Part shown: positions 45,608 to 54,304 of the stretch, in pieces | Layout of the letters: each line of letters starts with the position of its first letter | Numbering within the stretch: position 1 is the first letter of the stretch | IMG/VR virus record: IMGVR_UViG_2857776322_000004 | Coordinates: 10,353 to 74,352 of that record | Length of the DNA stretch: 64,000 nt | Direction: 5' to 3' (one strand) | Origin: a virus | Translations under genes and position numbers: made by a program | The notes under the pieces: generated by a model | The model's database searches: none | What the model saw: only the letters and a program-made list of their open reading frames with translations | What the model was told of the DNA's origin: nothing

Positions 45608-46636
45608 TCAGACCCGCAGCGCCTCGAAGGCGCGGGACTTGATCTTGTTGACGGTCGGGCTGGTGACGGTGCGGACCGCGCGGGCGTCGGCGGCGAAGTC
45701 CTCGCCGCGCGTCTTGCCCCCGCTTACCGCCGCGTGGTGGTCCAGGTACTCGGTCACGGCCTGGTAGCCGGCCCAGCGGGTCCCCTCGATCCCCGCCATG
45801 GTCGGGGCGGTCAGCAGCGCGCCGAGCGCGCCGACGACCCCCGCGTGGTGGCGCAGCCGGCGCGGCGTCCGCACCGTCGGCTCGGGAAACAGGTCGGCGA
45901 CGATCGAGTCGAACTCGGCGCGGCGCAACTCGGTTTCGATCATCCGCTGCGCCTCGGCCTCGAACGCGTCCACCCATGCCCAGGTCAATCCGAGCGCCTG
46001 CCGGGCCTCGGCGATGTGCCCCCGGGCGCCGGACGTGTGACGGATCGCGAACGTCGAATGGGCGTTGCGCAGCGCGGCGGCCTGCGTGTTGGCGCAGACG
46101 ATCCGGGTCGGGGTGACGATCAGGCGGAACGCCGACGATCCGTCGTGCGAGTTGAGTGCCGCGATGAACAGGTCGACGTCGTCCCCGCCGCCCAGGCGCA
46201 GCGTGCGGGGCAGGCGCATGGTGACGAAGACCTGCCGGCCGTCGTGCAGGCTGCCGGCGGTCTCGAAGTGGGCGCCGGCCTCGTCGACGAGGGTGTTCAG
46301 CAGGTCGGCGTGCGCCTCGTTCTGGACGGGGTGGTAGTCGTTGCCGACGATGCCCAGGACGTCGGGGCGGCCCGTGAACGGGTGGGTGCGGACGGTGGCG
46401 TACCGGTCCGGGACGCGCAGGCGGGTGACGCCGTCGTCGCCGAGAACGGCGCAGTCGACGGGGACGGTGTGCACGTTCCAGTTGCCCAGGTGGGCGAGGC
46501 GCATGGCGTCCTCGGCGGTGAACGTGTCGGTGGTGACGGTGCCCAGGCGGTGCCACGCGTCCTGTCGGGCGGTGACGAACGCCGCGCATCCGGTGGCCTT
46601 GTCGATCTCGATTCCGTGCACGGTCCGAACCCCCAT
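45608..46636 (-). CDS. DUF932 / TIGR03299 phage-plasmid-like protein (start may be GTG 46621)
   Basis: AWHRLG..Y.PVQN..FETAGSL.DGR.VF..NSHDGSS..TP.RIVCANT..IRHT..T.W..Y.AVTE. Confidence 0.85.
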   Translation of the reverse strand: MGVRTVHGIEIDKATGCAAFVTARQDAWHRLGTVTTDTFTAEDAMRLAHLGNWNVHTVPVDCAVLGDDGVTRLRVPDRYATVRTHPFTGRPDVLGIVGNDYHPVQNEAHADLLNTLVDEAGAHFETAGSLHDGRQVFVTMRLPRTLRLGGGDDVDLFIAALNSHDGSSAFRLIVTPTRIVCANTQAAALRNAHSTFAIRHTSGARGHIAEARQALGLTWAWVDAFEAEAQRMIETELRRAEFDSIVADLFPEPTVRTPRRLRHHAGVVGALGALLTAPTMAGIEGTRWAGYQAVTEYLDHHAAVSGGKTRGEDFAADARAVRTVTSPTVNKIKSRAFEALRV

Positions 46637-46670
46637 AACCTTGTATTAGGAAGTGATACAAGGTTACCCT
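46636..46670. promoter_or_regulatory. Operator TAACCTTG-N15-CAAGGTTA copy 2, overlapping rightward promoter TTGTAT-N18-TACCCT
   Basis: 46636-46666; -35 46641-46, -10 46665-70. Confidence 0.65.
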
Positions 46671-46757
46671 GCGGGGCCGACAAATCCCAGCTCTGAGCAG
46701 CGAGTTCACCGAAAAATCGCCCCGGAACCCGGGCCGCGCGCACCGACGGAGGGCCCC

Positions 46758-47159
46758 ATGGCCAACGCGATCTACCCCTCGGGCAAGCAGGGGTTCCTGT
46801 CCGACCTCGACCTCACCACCGCCACCCTCAAAGTCGTCCTGGTCGACACCGCCGCCTACACCTACAGCGCGAACCACTCCAACCTCTCGGACATCCCCGC
46901 CCCGGCGCGCGTGGCCACCTCCGGTGCCCTCGCCTCCAAGACCGTCACCGGCGGAGTCTTCGACGCGGCGGACCTGACCATCCCAGGGTTCACCGGCCCC
47001 ACCGTCGAAGCCCTCGTGATCTACAAGGACACCGGCACCGCGTCCACGTCCACGCTGATCGCCTACATCGACACCGGCGGCAACCTGCCCTACCAGCCGA
47101 ACACGGCACAGGTCGACATCGCCTGGGACAACACGGCCACCAAGATCCTCGCTCTGTAG
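46758..47159 (+). CDS. putative virion structural protein
   Basis: MANAIY..LKVVLV..GVFDAAD..VEALVIYKDTG..LIAYID pattern seen in phage structural regions (recollection, not searched). Confidence 0.6.
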   Translation: MANAIYPSGKQGFLSDLDLTTATLKVVLVDTAAYTYSANHSNLSDIPAPARVATSGALASKTVTGGVFDAADLTIPGFTGPTVEALVIYKDTGTASTSTLIAYIDTGGNLPYQPNTAQVDIAWDNTATKILAL

Positions 47160-47187
47160 CCCCCGACTCCGCCGAGGGTGACCCACC

Positions 47188-48126
47188 GTGACCGACTTCC
47201 GCATCTGGCCCAACACGGACGGTCGGACCGAGAGCAGCACCGAAGAAACACCCGTCTCCCTCGGCACCGAGTTCGTGCTCTCGGCGACCGGTTGGGCGAA
47301 GGCGTTGCACTACTGGCGCGCCACCGAGGCGGAACTCGGCACCGTCACCGGCGCCATCTACGCCGTCGACACCGACGCCGAGATCGACGGGACCGCCGTC
47401 ACCTTCGTCGTCTCCGGCGTCGGATGGCAGACCTACACCCTGGCCGCGCCGGTCCGCCTCGAGGCGGACACCCGCTACGTCGTGTCGGTCCACCACCCGA
47501 ATCGCTACGCCATGGGCCTCGGCGCGTACTTCTCAGCCGGGCCCGGCGCAGCGGGCATCACCAACGGCATCATCACGGCACCACCGACCTCGGCGGTCAC
47601 CTCACCCAACGGACAGGGCCGTTACGAGTACGGGCCCACCCGCGTCGCCCCCCGCCAAACGTTCAACGCGAACGCCTACCTGTCGGACGTCACCGTCGGC
47701 GACACCGACCCGGGCGGCACTGTGCTCACCCCCGTGGGGATCCCCGGAACCGCCACCGTCGGCACCCCCACACTCACCCCCGACCCCGTCACCCTCACTC
47801 CCCAGGGCATCGACGGCACCTCGACCGTCGGCCTACCCACCCTGGCACCGAGGCCCGTCACCCTTGCCCCCCAGGGCATCGCATCCGGGGCAATCATCGG
47901 CGAACCGACCCTGACAGCGACGGCGACCCTGACCCCCCAAGGCATCGGCTCCACCTCCACCGTCGGCACGCCCGGCCTCACCCCGGGCACCGTCGTCCTG
48001 CGGCCCGTCGGCATCCCGAGCACCGCCAGGGTCGGCGAACCCGTGATCCGTCTCCCCGGCGACCACAGCCACGACATCAGCCTGGGCGCGCTCACCGACC
48101 CGTGGACCCTCGGCGCCCTCGCATGA
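47188..48126 (+). CDS. DUF4082-like domain + Thr/Pro-rich repeats, putative virion surface protein
   Basis: VSLGTEF..ALHYW..GAIY..GWQ..PV.L..YVVSV; five L.P.GI..T..VG.P repeats. Confidence 0.7.
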   Translation: MTDFRIWPNTDGRTESSTEETPVSLGTEFVLSATGWAKALHYWRATEAELGTVTGAIYAVDTDAEIDGTAVTFVVSGVGWQTYTLAAPVRLEADTRYVVSVHHPNRYAMGLGAYFSAGPGAAGITNGIITAPPTSAVTSPNGQGRYEYGPTRVAPRQTFNANAYLSDVTVGDTDPGGTVLTPVGIPGTATVGTPTLTPDPVTLTPQGIDGTSTVGLPTLAPRPVTLAPQGIASGAIIGEPTLTATATLTPQGIGSTSTVGTPGLTPGTVVLRPVGIPSTARVGEPVIRLPGDHSHDISLGALTDPWTLGALA

Positions 48127-48136
48127 GAGGCACCCC

Positions 48137-48439
48137 GTGATCACTCTCGTCGAAGTCCGCCGCAACCGCCTCACCCGCAAACACCTCGCCGTGCCCGTCG
48201 CCCGCGCCGGTGCCGCCCCGGACCCGGCCTGGGGCGTCGAGTTCGCATTCGTCGACCGCGACACACGCCCCGGCGACGCCGACTGGATCACGGGGGAGTG
48301 GGACGGACCCCGCGCCCAGATCCTCGTCGGCCCCGGCGGCACCGCAACCCCCGCCGTCGGCATCCACACCGTCTGGCTGCGCATCACCGCCGCACCCGAA
48401 CTCGTCGTCGAACCCGTCGGCATCCTCGACATCACCTGA
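48137..48439 (+). CDS. putative structural protein (beta-rich)
   Basis: VEFAF..P..DWITGEW..AQILVGP..VWLRIT..PE. Confidence 0.6.
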   Translation: MITLVEVRRNRLTRKHLAVPVARAGAAPDPAWGVEFAFVDRDTRPGDADWITGEWDGPRAQILVGPGGTATPAVGIHTVWLRITAAPELVVEPVGILDIT

Positions 48440-48448
48440 CGGAGCACC

Positions 48449-48712
48449 GTGACCGACACCGCCACACGCCGCATCCGCTGCCGGATCCCCTACGCCGTCC
48501 ACCTCTACCCGGACGGCATGCCCGCCGCCCTCATCGAGGACCTGGCGCGCAAATCGTTCGCACGCTCCGGCATCACCCTCCCCGAACACCCCAGCCTCGA
48601 GGTCCACACCGCCGACGAGGACGAGTTGGCGATCATGTTCCTCGGCCGCACCCACGAGGGCCTGGGCGCCCACGTCGTGGAGTACACGACGAACCGGACG
48701 GAGCAGCAGTGA
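48449..48712 (+). CDS. hypothetical protein
   Basis: RBS GGAG; coupled downstream. Confidence 0.65.
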   Translation: MTDTATRRIRCRIPYAVHLYPDGMPAALIEDLARKSFARSGITLPEHPSLEVHTADEDELAIMFLGRTHEGLGAHVVEYTTNRTEQQ

Positions 48713-49419
48713 CCCGCGACCTCCTCGTCCTCGTCCCCACCCGCGGCCGGCCCCACGCCGTCGCCGAGCTCCTCGACACCTGGCACTGCGGGCCGTCCAC
48801 CGACCTCCTCCTCGGCGTCGACGACGACGACCCCGAACTCCCCGCGTACCGCGCCCTGATCGAAGCCCACAACGAACCGGCAGTCATTCTCCAGACCGGC
48901 CCGCGGCTGCGCCTCGGCGGCACCCTCAACGCCCTCGCCGCCGAACACGCCCCCCACTACCGCGCGATCGCGTTCATGGGCGACGACCACCGCCCCCGCA
49001 CCATCGGCTGGGACACCGCGCTCCTCGCCGAACTCGACCGCCTGCGCGCCGAGCGCGGCGCCGGCCTGGTCTACGGCGACGACCTCCTCATGGGGGAGCG
49101 CCTGCCCACCGCCGTCGCCATGACGAGCAACATCGTCACCACCCTCGGCCGCATGGTCCCCACCGGCTTGATCCACCTGTACCTGGACAACTACTGGCTC
49201 GACCTCGGCCACGCCCTCGACGCCATCACCTACATGCCGAACGTGGTCATCGAGCACCTGCACCCCAGCGCCGGCAAGGCCGCGTGGGACCAGCGCTACG
49301 ACGAGGTCAACACCCCCGAGATGTACGACGCCGACCAAGCCACATACGAGGCATTCGCCGCCGCCGGTGGCCTGGACCGCGACGCCGCCCGCATCCGGGA
49401 GGACCCGTGTCGATCCTGA
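48709..49419 (+). CDS. GT-A fold glycosyltransferase
   Basis: LVLVPTRGRP, GVDDDDP, N.LA, FMGDDH, H.Y.DN, EHLH. Confidence 0.8.
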   Translation: MTRDLLVLVPTRGRPHAVAELLDTWHCGPSTDLLLGVDDDDPELPAYRALIEAHNEPAVILQTGPRLRLGGTLNALAAEHAPHYRAIAFMGDDHRPRTIGWDTALLAELDRLRAERGAGLVYGDDLLMGERLPTAVAMTSNIVTTLGRMVPTGLIHLYLDNYWLDLGHALDAITYMPNVVIEHLHPSAGKAAWDQRYDEVNTPEMYDADQATYEAFAAAGGLDRDAARIREDPCRS

Positions 49420-49646
49420 CGTGCACCGGATGCGGGGCGACCAAGGCCGAACCGGACGGCACACCCACCGACCACTTCCCCTCGGAGCACTGCGGCCAGT
49501 GCCCGCCCTGGCGCTGCAACCAATGCGGCGACCCGTGCTCGGCCACGAACCCGTGCGGCTGTTGGGTCACCTTCGAAGGCATGGCGTTCGCCGACATCAA
49601 GGCCCACCTGGCCGCAGCCGGCTTCGACCTCGCGATCCCGACGTGA
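49407..49646 (+). CDS. small Cys-rich protein
   Basis: CTGC..HCGQC..CNQC..C..CGC. Confidence 0.6.
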   Translation: MSILTCTGCGATKAEPDGTPTDHFPSEHCGQCPPWRCNQCGDPCSATNPCGCWVTFEGMAFADIKAHLAAAGFDLAIPT

Positions 49647-50236
49647 CCGAACACCGACTCTTCCCCGAAGGCACGGTGCCCGAGTACACCCGACCCGACT
49701 GGTACGCCGGCCGCGACCGCGCCCCGCACCTCGAACAGGCAGCCCACACGGCGCGCCTGCACGAGGCGGCGCGCCTGGTCGGCGTCGCCTTCCGCCAGAC
49801 CGGGCCGACGCCGCGAACCGTGGTCGACCTCGGGGCCGGCGACGGAGGACTCCTCACGCTGCTCCCCGGCGAACTGACCGCCTGGGGTTACGACCTACAG
49901 CCGACCAACGTCCGGGCCGCCAACGACGAGCGCGGCGTCGACGTGCGCCTCGGCGACGTGGTCGACGGCGACATCCAGTGGGGTGACATCGCCGTCGCCA
50001 CCGAGATGCTCGAGCACCTCGTCGACCCGCACGCCTTCGTCCGCCGCATCGCCGAGCACTCGCCGATCATCATCGCCTCCTCGCCCTGGAACGAGACCCC
50101 GGAGCAGCACTACGAGTTCCACACCTGGGCCTGGGACCGGGACGGCTACGCCGCCCTCCTGGAACAGGCTGGCTACGAGATCCGGGCACACAGGACCGTC
50201 GGACCGTTCCAGCTCATTGCGGGGGTGAAACCGTGA
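49643..50236 (+). CDS. class I SAM-dependent methyltransferase
   Basis: VVDLGAGDGGLL, WGYD, TEMLEHL.DP. Confidence 0.88.
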   Translation: MTEHRLFPEGTVPEYTRPDWYAGRDRAPHLEQAAHTARLHEAARLVGVAFRQTGPTPRTVVDLGAGDGGLLTLLPGELTAWGYDLQPTNVRAANDERGVDVRLGDVVDGDIQWGDIAVATEMLEHLVDPHAFVRRIAEHSPIIIASSPWNETPEQHYEFHTWAWDRDGYAALLEQAGYEIRAHRTVGPFQLIAGVKP

Positions 50237-50556
50237 TACGCACGCCACTCGAAGACCCGACGTACACCCCGAAGCACCCACCCGTCGGCGGTCGGATCCC
50301 GGCCGTCGTCGAACGATGGGGACCACGCAGCCAACGCCGCTGGTTCCGGCGCTTCGGCCGCAACCTCGCCACCCCCCTCGCCTCCCTCACCGCAGCCGAG
50401 TACCAACGGCACCTCGACATCATCGACGCCATGCACGTCCACTCGCTCGAACACGCCGGCCCCTGCTGCGCCGGGTGCTTCCTCGAGCGCGAGGAGACTG
50501 GCATCCCCGTCAACGACCACGGCTGCTGCTGCCAGTCGACCCGACAGGAGGTGTAA
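50233..50556 (+). CDS. hypothetical protein
   Basis: GTGA coupling; CCAGC..CCC. Confidence 0.6.
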   Translation: MIRTPLEDPTYTPKHPPVGGRIPAVVERWGPRSQRRWFRRFGRNLATPLASLTAAEYQRHLDIIDAMHVHSLEHAGPCCAGCFLEREETGIPVNDHGCCCQSTRQEV

Positions 50557-50559
50557 CCC

Positions 50560-50718
50560 ATGCCCGCCACCCTCGGCACCGTCGTCATCCCCTGCCCGAC
50601 CTGCAACCGGGACGTCGACGTCCACCTGCGTGTCATCGGTTCGGACCCCTACACCGGCCTCGAAGTCGCCCCCTGGATAGACCACACCTGCGCCGATCCC
50701 GCACAGGAGACCGCGTGA
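50560..50718 (+). CDS. small Zn-binding protein
   Basis: RBS AGGAGG; CPTC..HTC. Confidence 0.55.
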   Translation: MPATLGTVVIPCPTCNRDVDVHLRVIGSDPYTGLEVAPWIDHTCADPAQETA

Positions 50719-51617
50719 AGGTTCTCCTGACCGGCTCCGAGGGCTTCGTCGGCCGCCACCTGCGCCGCGCCCTCGAGGAGCGCGGCGACGACGTCACCGG
50801 CGTCGACCTCGGCCGCGGCCTCGACTGCATCCACCTGTTCCGCCGCGGTGACCACCGCAAACCGACCGGCTTCCCCGACCTGCCGACCCGGTACGACCTC
50901 GCCATCCACTGCGCCGCCATCGTCGGCGGCCGGCAGTCCATCGACGGCAGCCCCCTGTCGATCGCCACGAACCTCGCCCTCGACGCCTGGTTCTTCCGCT
51001 GGCTGGTCGACCGCCACGGGGCCCGCCGCGCCGTCTACTTCAGCTCCTCCGCCGCCTACCCGGTCGCCCTCCAGGACCCCGAAGGCCGCGCCTTGACCGA
51101 GTCCGACATCGACCTCGCCGACCCGCAACTCCCGGACCAGACCTACGGTTGGGCCAAGCTCACCGGCGAGCAGCTCGCCGCGCACGCCGAGGCGGCGGGT
51201 ACCCGCGTCCACGTGTTCCGGCCGTTCTCCGGCTACGGCACCGACCAGGACAACGACTATCCGTTCCGGGCGTTCGTCGACCGCGCCCGCCGCCAGGCCG
51301 ACCCCTTCACGATCTGGGGCGACGGCAACCAGGTCCGCGACTGGATCCACATCGACGACGTCGTCACCGCGGTCCTCACGGCCGTCGACCAGGACGTGCC
51401 CGGCCCGGTCAACCTCTCCACCGGCCGCGCCACCTCGTTCAACGACCTGGCCGACATGATCATCGCCGAGTACGGCTACCGGCCGGCGATCCGGCACGAA
51501 CTCGCCGCACCCCGCGGTGTCGCGTACCGGGTCGGCGACCCCACCCGGATGAAGACCTTCCACACCCCCCGGGTCTCCCTCGAGGAAGGCATCCGGCGGG
51601 CCCTCGCGAACCGGTAG
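50715..51617 (+). CDS. NAD-dependent nucleotide-sugar epimerase/dehydratase
   Basis: LTGSEGFVG, HCAA, SSSAAY, YGWAK (YxxxK), RPFSGYG, RDWIHIDD. Confidence 0.92.
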   Translation: MKVLLTGSEGFVGRHLRRALEERGDDVTGVDLGRGLDCIHLFRRGDHRKPTGFPDLPTRYDLAIHCAAIVGGRQSIDGSPLSIATNLALDAWFFRWLVDRHGARRAVYFSSSAAYPVALQDPEGRALTESDIDLADPQLPDQTYGWAKLTGEQLAAHAEAAGTRVHVFRPFSGYGTDQDNDYPFRAFVDRARRQADPFTIWGDGNQVRDWIHIDDVVTAVLTAVDQDVPGPVNLSTGRATSFNDLADMIIAEYGYRPAIRHELAAPRGVAYRVGDPTRMKTFHTPRVSLEEGIRRALANR

Positions 51618-51686
51618 GGCTCCCCGGGCGTCCGGGCCCAGGTCGGGCATCATGGTCGTGCCCTGCACTCGGCGTTGGGAGCCACG

Positions 51687-52169
51687 GTGAGCGACCCCAG
51701 TCCGCGCGGTACCTACCTCGTCATCGCCGACGTGCTGCGTCGCGAACTCGAGGAGGCGCAGCCCGCAGGCGACGCGCTCCTGTCCGAGTCCGGCATCCAG
51801 GAGCGCTTCGGTGTGGCGCGCACCACCGCCCGGCGGGCCCTGACCGTCCTTGCCCGTGAGAAGTTGATCACCCCGGTCAAGGGCATCGGATGGAAGCCCC
51901 GCGACCCGGCGGATACGGGCGCCACGCCGCTGCCCGAGCGCATCCTCGCCGACCTCGTCGACGCGGTCCGCCGGGAGGAGCTGGCCGTCGGCGACCCGAT
52001 CCGGAGCGAGGCGGAGCTGTCGGCGGCGTTCGAAGCCTCGCGCGGCAGGGTTCGCCAAGCCCTCGCCGTCCTCGAGGGCCGCGGCATCGTGACCGCCGTC
52101 CCCGGCAAAGCTCGCCGCCTCGCCGCCCTTCCGGATCCAACCGGCGACACCGACGGCGCTCCCGACTGA
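51687..52169 (+). CDS. GntR-family protein made of two tandem wHTH domains
   Basis: LLSESGIQERFGVARTTARRAL..L and IRSEAELSAAFEASRGRVRQAL..L.G. Confidence 0.8.
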   Translation: MSDPSPRGTYLVIADVLRRELEEAQPAGDALLSESGIQERFGVARTTARRALTVLAREKLITPVKGIGWKPRDPADTGATPLPERILADLVDAVRREELAVGDPIRSEAELSAAFEASRGRVRQALAVLEGRGIVTAVPGKARRLAALPDPTGDTDGAPD

Positions 52170-52205
52170 CCCGGCCGACGACCGCACGACCTCCAGGGAG
52201 GCCGC

Positions 52206-52880
52206 GTGTCCGTTGCCGTCGTCCTGCCCTGGCGCGCCGGGGATCCGGCCCGGACCCGCAACCACGGCCACGTTCGCGCCTACCTGCGCGACCACCTCCC
52301 GCGCGCCCTCCACCTCGACGCCGACAGCCCCCACGCCGCGTTCTCCCGCGCCGCCGCCCGCAACCACGGCATCCGCCACGCCGCCGACCTCGGCGCCGAC
52401 ATCGTCGTCCTGTGCGACGCCGACACCCTCCCCGACCCCGACGCCCTCCACGCCGCCGTCGAAGGCGCAGCCGACGGCCGCCTCCACCTGCCCCACACCT
52501 GGTATCGCGGCCTCGACGCCCAGGGCACCGCCGACTACCTCAACGGCGCCCCCCTCGCCGCCTGCGGCACCGAACTCACCATGACCGGCTCCACCGGCGG
52601 CGTCCTCGTCATCCGTCCCGACGCCTGGACCCTCGCCGGCGGCATGGACGAACGCTTCACCGGCTGGGGCTGCGAGGACACCGCGTTCCTCGCCGCCGCG
52701 GACACCCTCCTCGGCCACTCCGTCCGCCACCCCGCCCAACTCGTCCACCTCTGGCACCCCAAGGACGACGCCCCCGGGCCCGGCCGCGACGCCAACTACG
52801 CACTCCTGGCCCGCTACAGGGCCGCCGAGGGCGACGTCCCCACCATGCGCGCCCTGGTCACCGAACGAGCACACGCGTAG
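52206..52880 (+). CDS. GT2/GT7-like glycosyltransferase
   Basis: VVLPWR, FSRAAARNHG, CDADT, GGMDERFTGWGCED, HLWH. Confidence 0.88.
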   Translation: MSVAVVLPWRAGDPARTRNHGHVRAYLRDHLPRALHLDADSPHAAFSRAAARNHGIRHAADLGADIVVLCDADTLPDPDALHAAVEGAADGRLHLPHTWYRGLDAQGTADYLNGAPLAACGTELTMTGSTGGVLVIRPDAWTLAGGMDERFTGWGCEDTAFLAAADTLLGHSVRHPAQLVHLWHPKDDAPGPGRDANYALLARYRAAEGDVPTMRALVTERAHA

Positions 52881-52920
52881 TCACACGGCTCTCCCGAACC
52901 CATCGAGCGGGGGTGCACGC

Positions 52921-53142
52921 ATGGCAGCAACGCCCAACGACGAGTCCAGGCTCGCCGACCTCCTGCCCGACGGCTGCGTACTCCTCGAATACGCCGTATC
53001 CATCAAGGCGTTGGACGAGGACGGCGACATCGTGCTCCTCAACTACCGCACGCCCGGCCTGGCCGCGTGGGAAGCCCTCGGCATGCTCACCTGCGCCGCC
53101 GACACCCTCCGTGCACGGATGCAGGAGTGGGAAGCCACATGA
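52921..53142 (+). CDS. hypothetical protein
   Basis: RBS GGGGG; coupled downstream. Confidence 0.65.
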   Translation: MAATPNDESRLADLLPDGCVLLEYAVSIKALDEDGDIVLLNYRTPGLAAWEALGMLTCAADTLRARMQEWEAT

Positions 53143-53810
53143 CGGTTCCTCTGATCGTCCTCACCAACGGCCGCCGCGACTGCCTCGAACAGACCATGAC
53201 GGCCCTCCGCCGGCACCTGCACGGCGTCGCCCACACCACGATCGTCGACGACACCGGCGACCCGGAACACCGCTCCTGGCTCGCCGACAGCTTCACCGCC
53301 GACATCGTCCCCGTCGAACCGGACTCGCCCGCCGGCTACTGGCGCGCCATGCGCACCGTCTGGGGCCTGGCGGCAGGGGAGCGGGCGATCGCCTTCTGGG
53401 AGGACGACTTCGTCCTGGAGACAGACGTCGACCTTGACGCGCTCACCGCGGTGCTCGACACGCACACACACCTGACGCAGATCGCCCTGCTGCGCCAACC
53501 CTGGTTCGGTAACGAGCACGCCGCCGGCGGCCTCATCGAAGCCCTGGAGGCCCAGGGCAACGAGTTCACCCAGCGCACCGACGGCGAACGCGCCTGGATC
53601 GAACACCGGGCCTGCTTCACCGGCAACCCGTGCGTCATCCCCGCCGCCACCCTCGCGCGGCCCTGGCCCGACACGCCCTGGAGCGAATCCGTCTTCGGCC
53701 GCGCCCTATTCGCCTCGGACCCCACGCTTCGCGGCGCCTACTGGGGGCGCCGCGGCGACCCGCCCCGCGTCCGCCACATCGGCCGGCACCGCACCGGCAC
53801 GGACTACTGA
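53139..53810 (+). CDS. GT-A fold glycosyltransferase
   Basis: IVLTNGR, IVDD, FWEDDF, FTGNP, VRHIG. Confidence 0.8.
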   Translation: MTVPLIVLTNGRRDCLEQTMTALRRHLHGVAHTTIVDDTGDPEHRSWLADSFTADIVPVEPDSPAGYWRAMRTVWGLAAGERAIAFWEDDFVLETDVDLDALTAVLDTHTHLTQIALLRQPWFGNEHAAGGLIEALEAQGNEFTQRTDGERAWIEHRACFTGNPCVIPAATLARPWPDTPWSESVFGRALFASDPTLRGAYWGRRGDPPRVRHIGRHRTGTDY

Positions 53811-53839
53811 ACCGCCACACCGCCACGGAGACCCATCCC

Positions 53840-54013
53840 ATGACCTGGTTCCTGTACGGCCTCGCCGCCTGGTGGACCCTCAGCGTCCTCCTCGTGATCG
53901 CCAGCGTCGGCAAGCCCCGCCAACCTCTCACCGCACCCATGGCGGCGGTACTGACCATCCTCAACTTCGGCCTCATCGCCGGCCTGCTCATGGTCGCCTC
54001 GAACATCGGATGA
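53840..54013 (+). CDS. small two-TM membrane protein
   Basis: RBS GGAG; hydrophobic. Confidence 0.65.
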   Translation: MTWFLYGLAAWWTLSVLLVIASVGKPRQPLTAPMAAVLTILNFGLIAGLLMVASNIG

Positions 54014-54017
54014 CGGC

Positions 54018-54212
54018 ATGAGTGAACCCACGCCCAAGGCCCGCCACGAGCTGCGCCCGCCCACCATCGACGAGGCCCTGACCAACGCCAGCCGGCTCCT
54101 CAACGGCGCCGAGATGGAAGTCGGCAACCCGCCTGTTGCCCAGCGCCTCGACGAACTCGCCTGCACCTGGCTCAACATCGCCCGCTTTCTCCACGAACGC
54201 AGCGAGCCCTGA
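54018..54212 (+). CDS. hypothetical protein
   Basis: codon bias. Confidence 0.6.
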   Translation: MSEPTPKARHELRPPTIDEALTNASRLLNGAEMEVGNPPVAQRLDELACTWLNIARFLHERSEP

Positions 54213-54304
54213 CCGCCACACCCACCACGTCCGCGGCCCGATCACCGCGGACAGGCAGCCCCGGCGGCCGAGCGCCGGGGCCGCCGACCCCTCGGGAGAC
54301 ACCC

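Noticed and set aside
45259-46666. Invertible segment bounded by recombinase sites
   Set aside because: The central spacers of the two sites differ and no recombinase is in the window; operators are more plausible.
50649-52874. Long minus-strand ORFs (741 aa here; also 45528-47267, 35171-37456, 39155-41056)
   Set aside because: Antisense shadows of well-supported genes in high-GC DNA, with no motifs.
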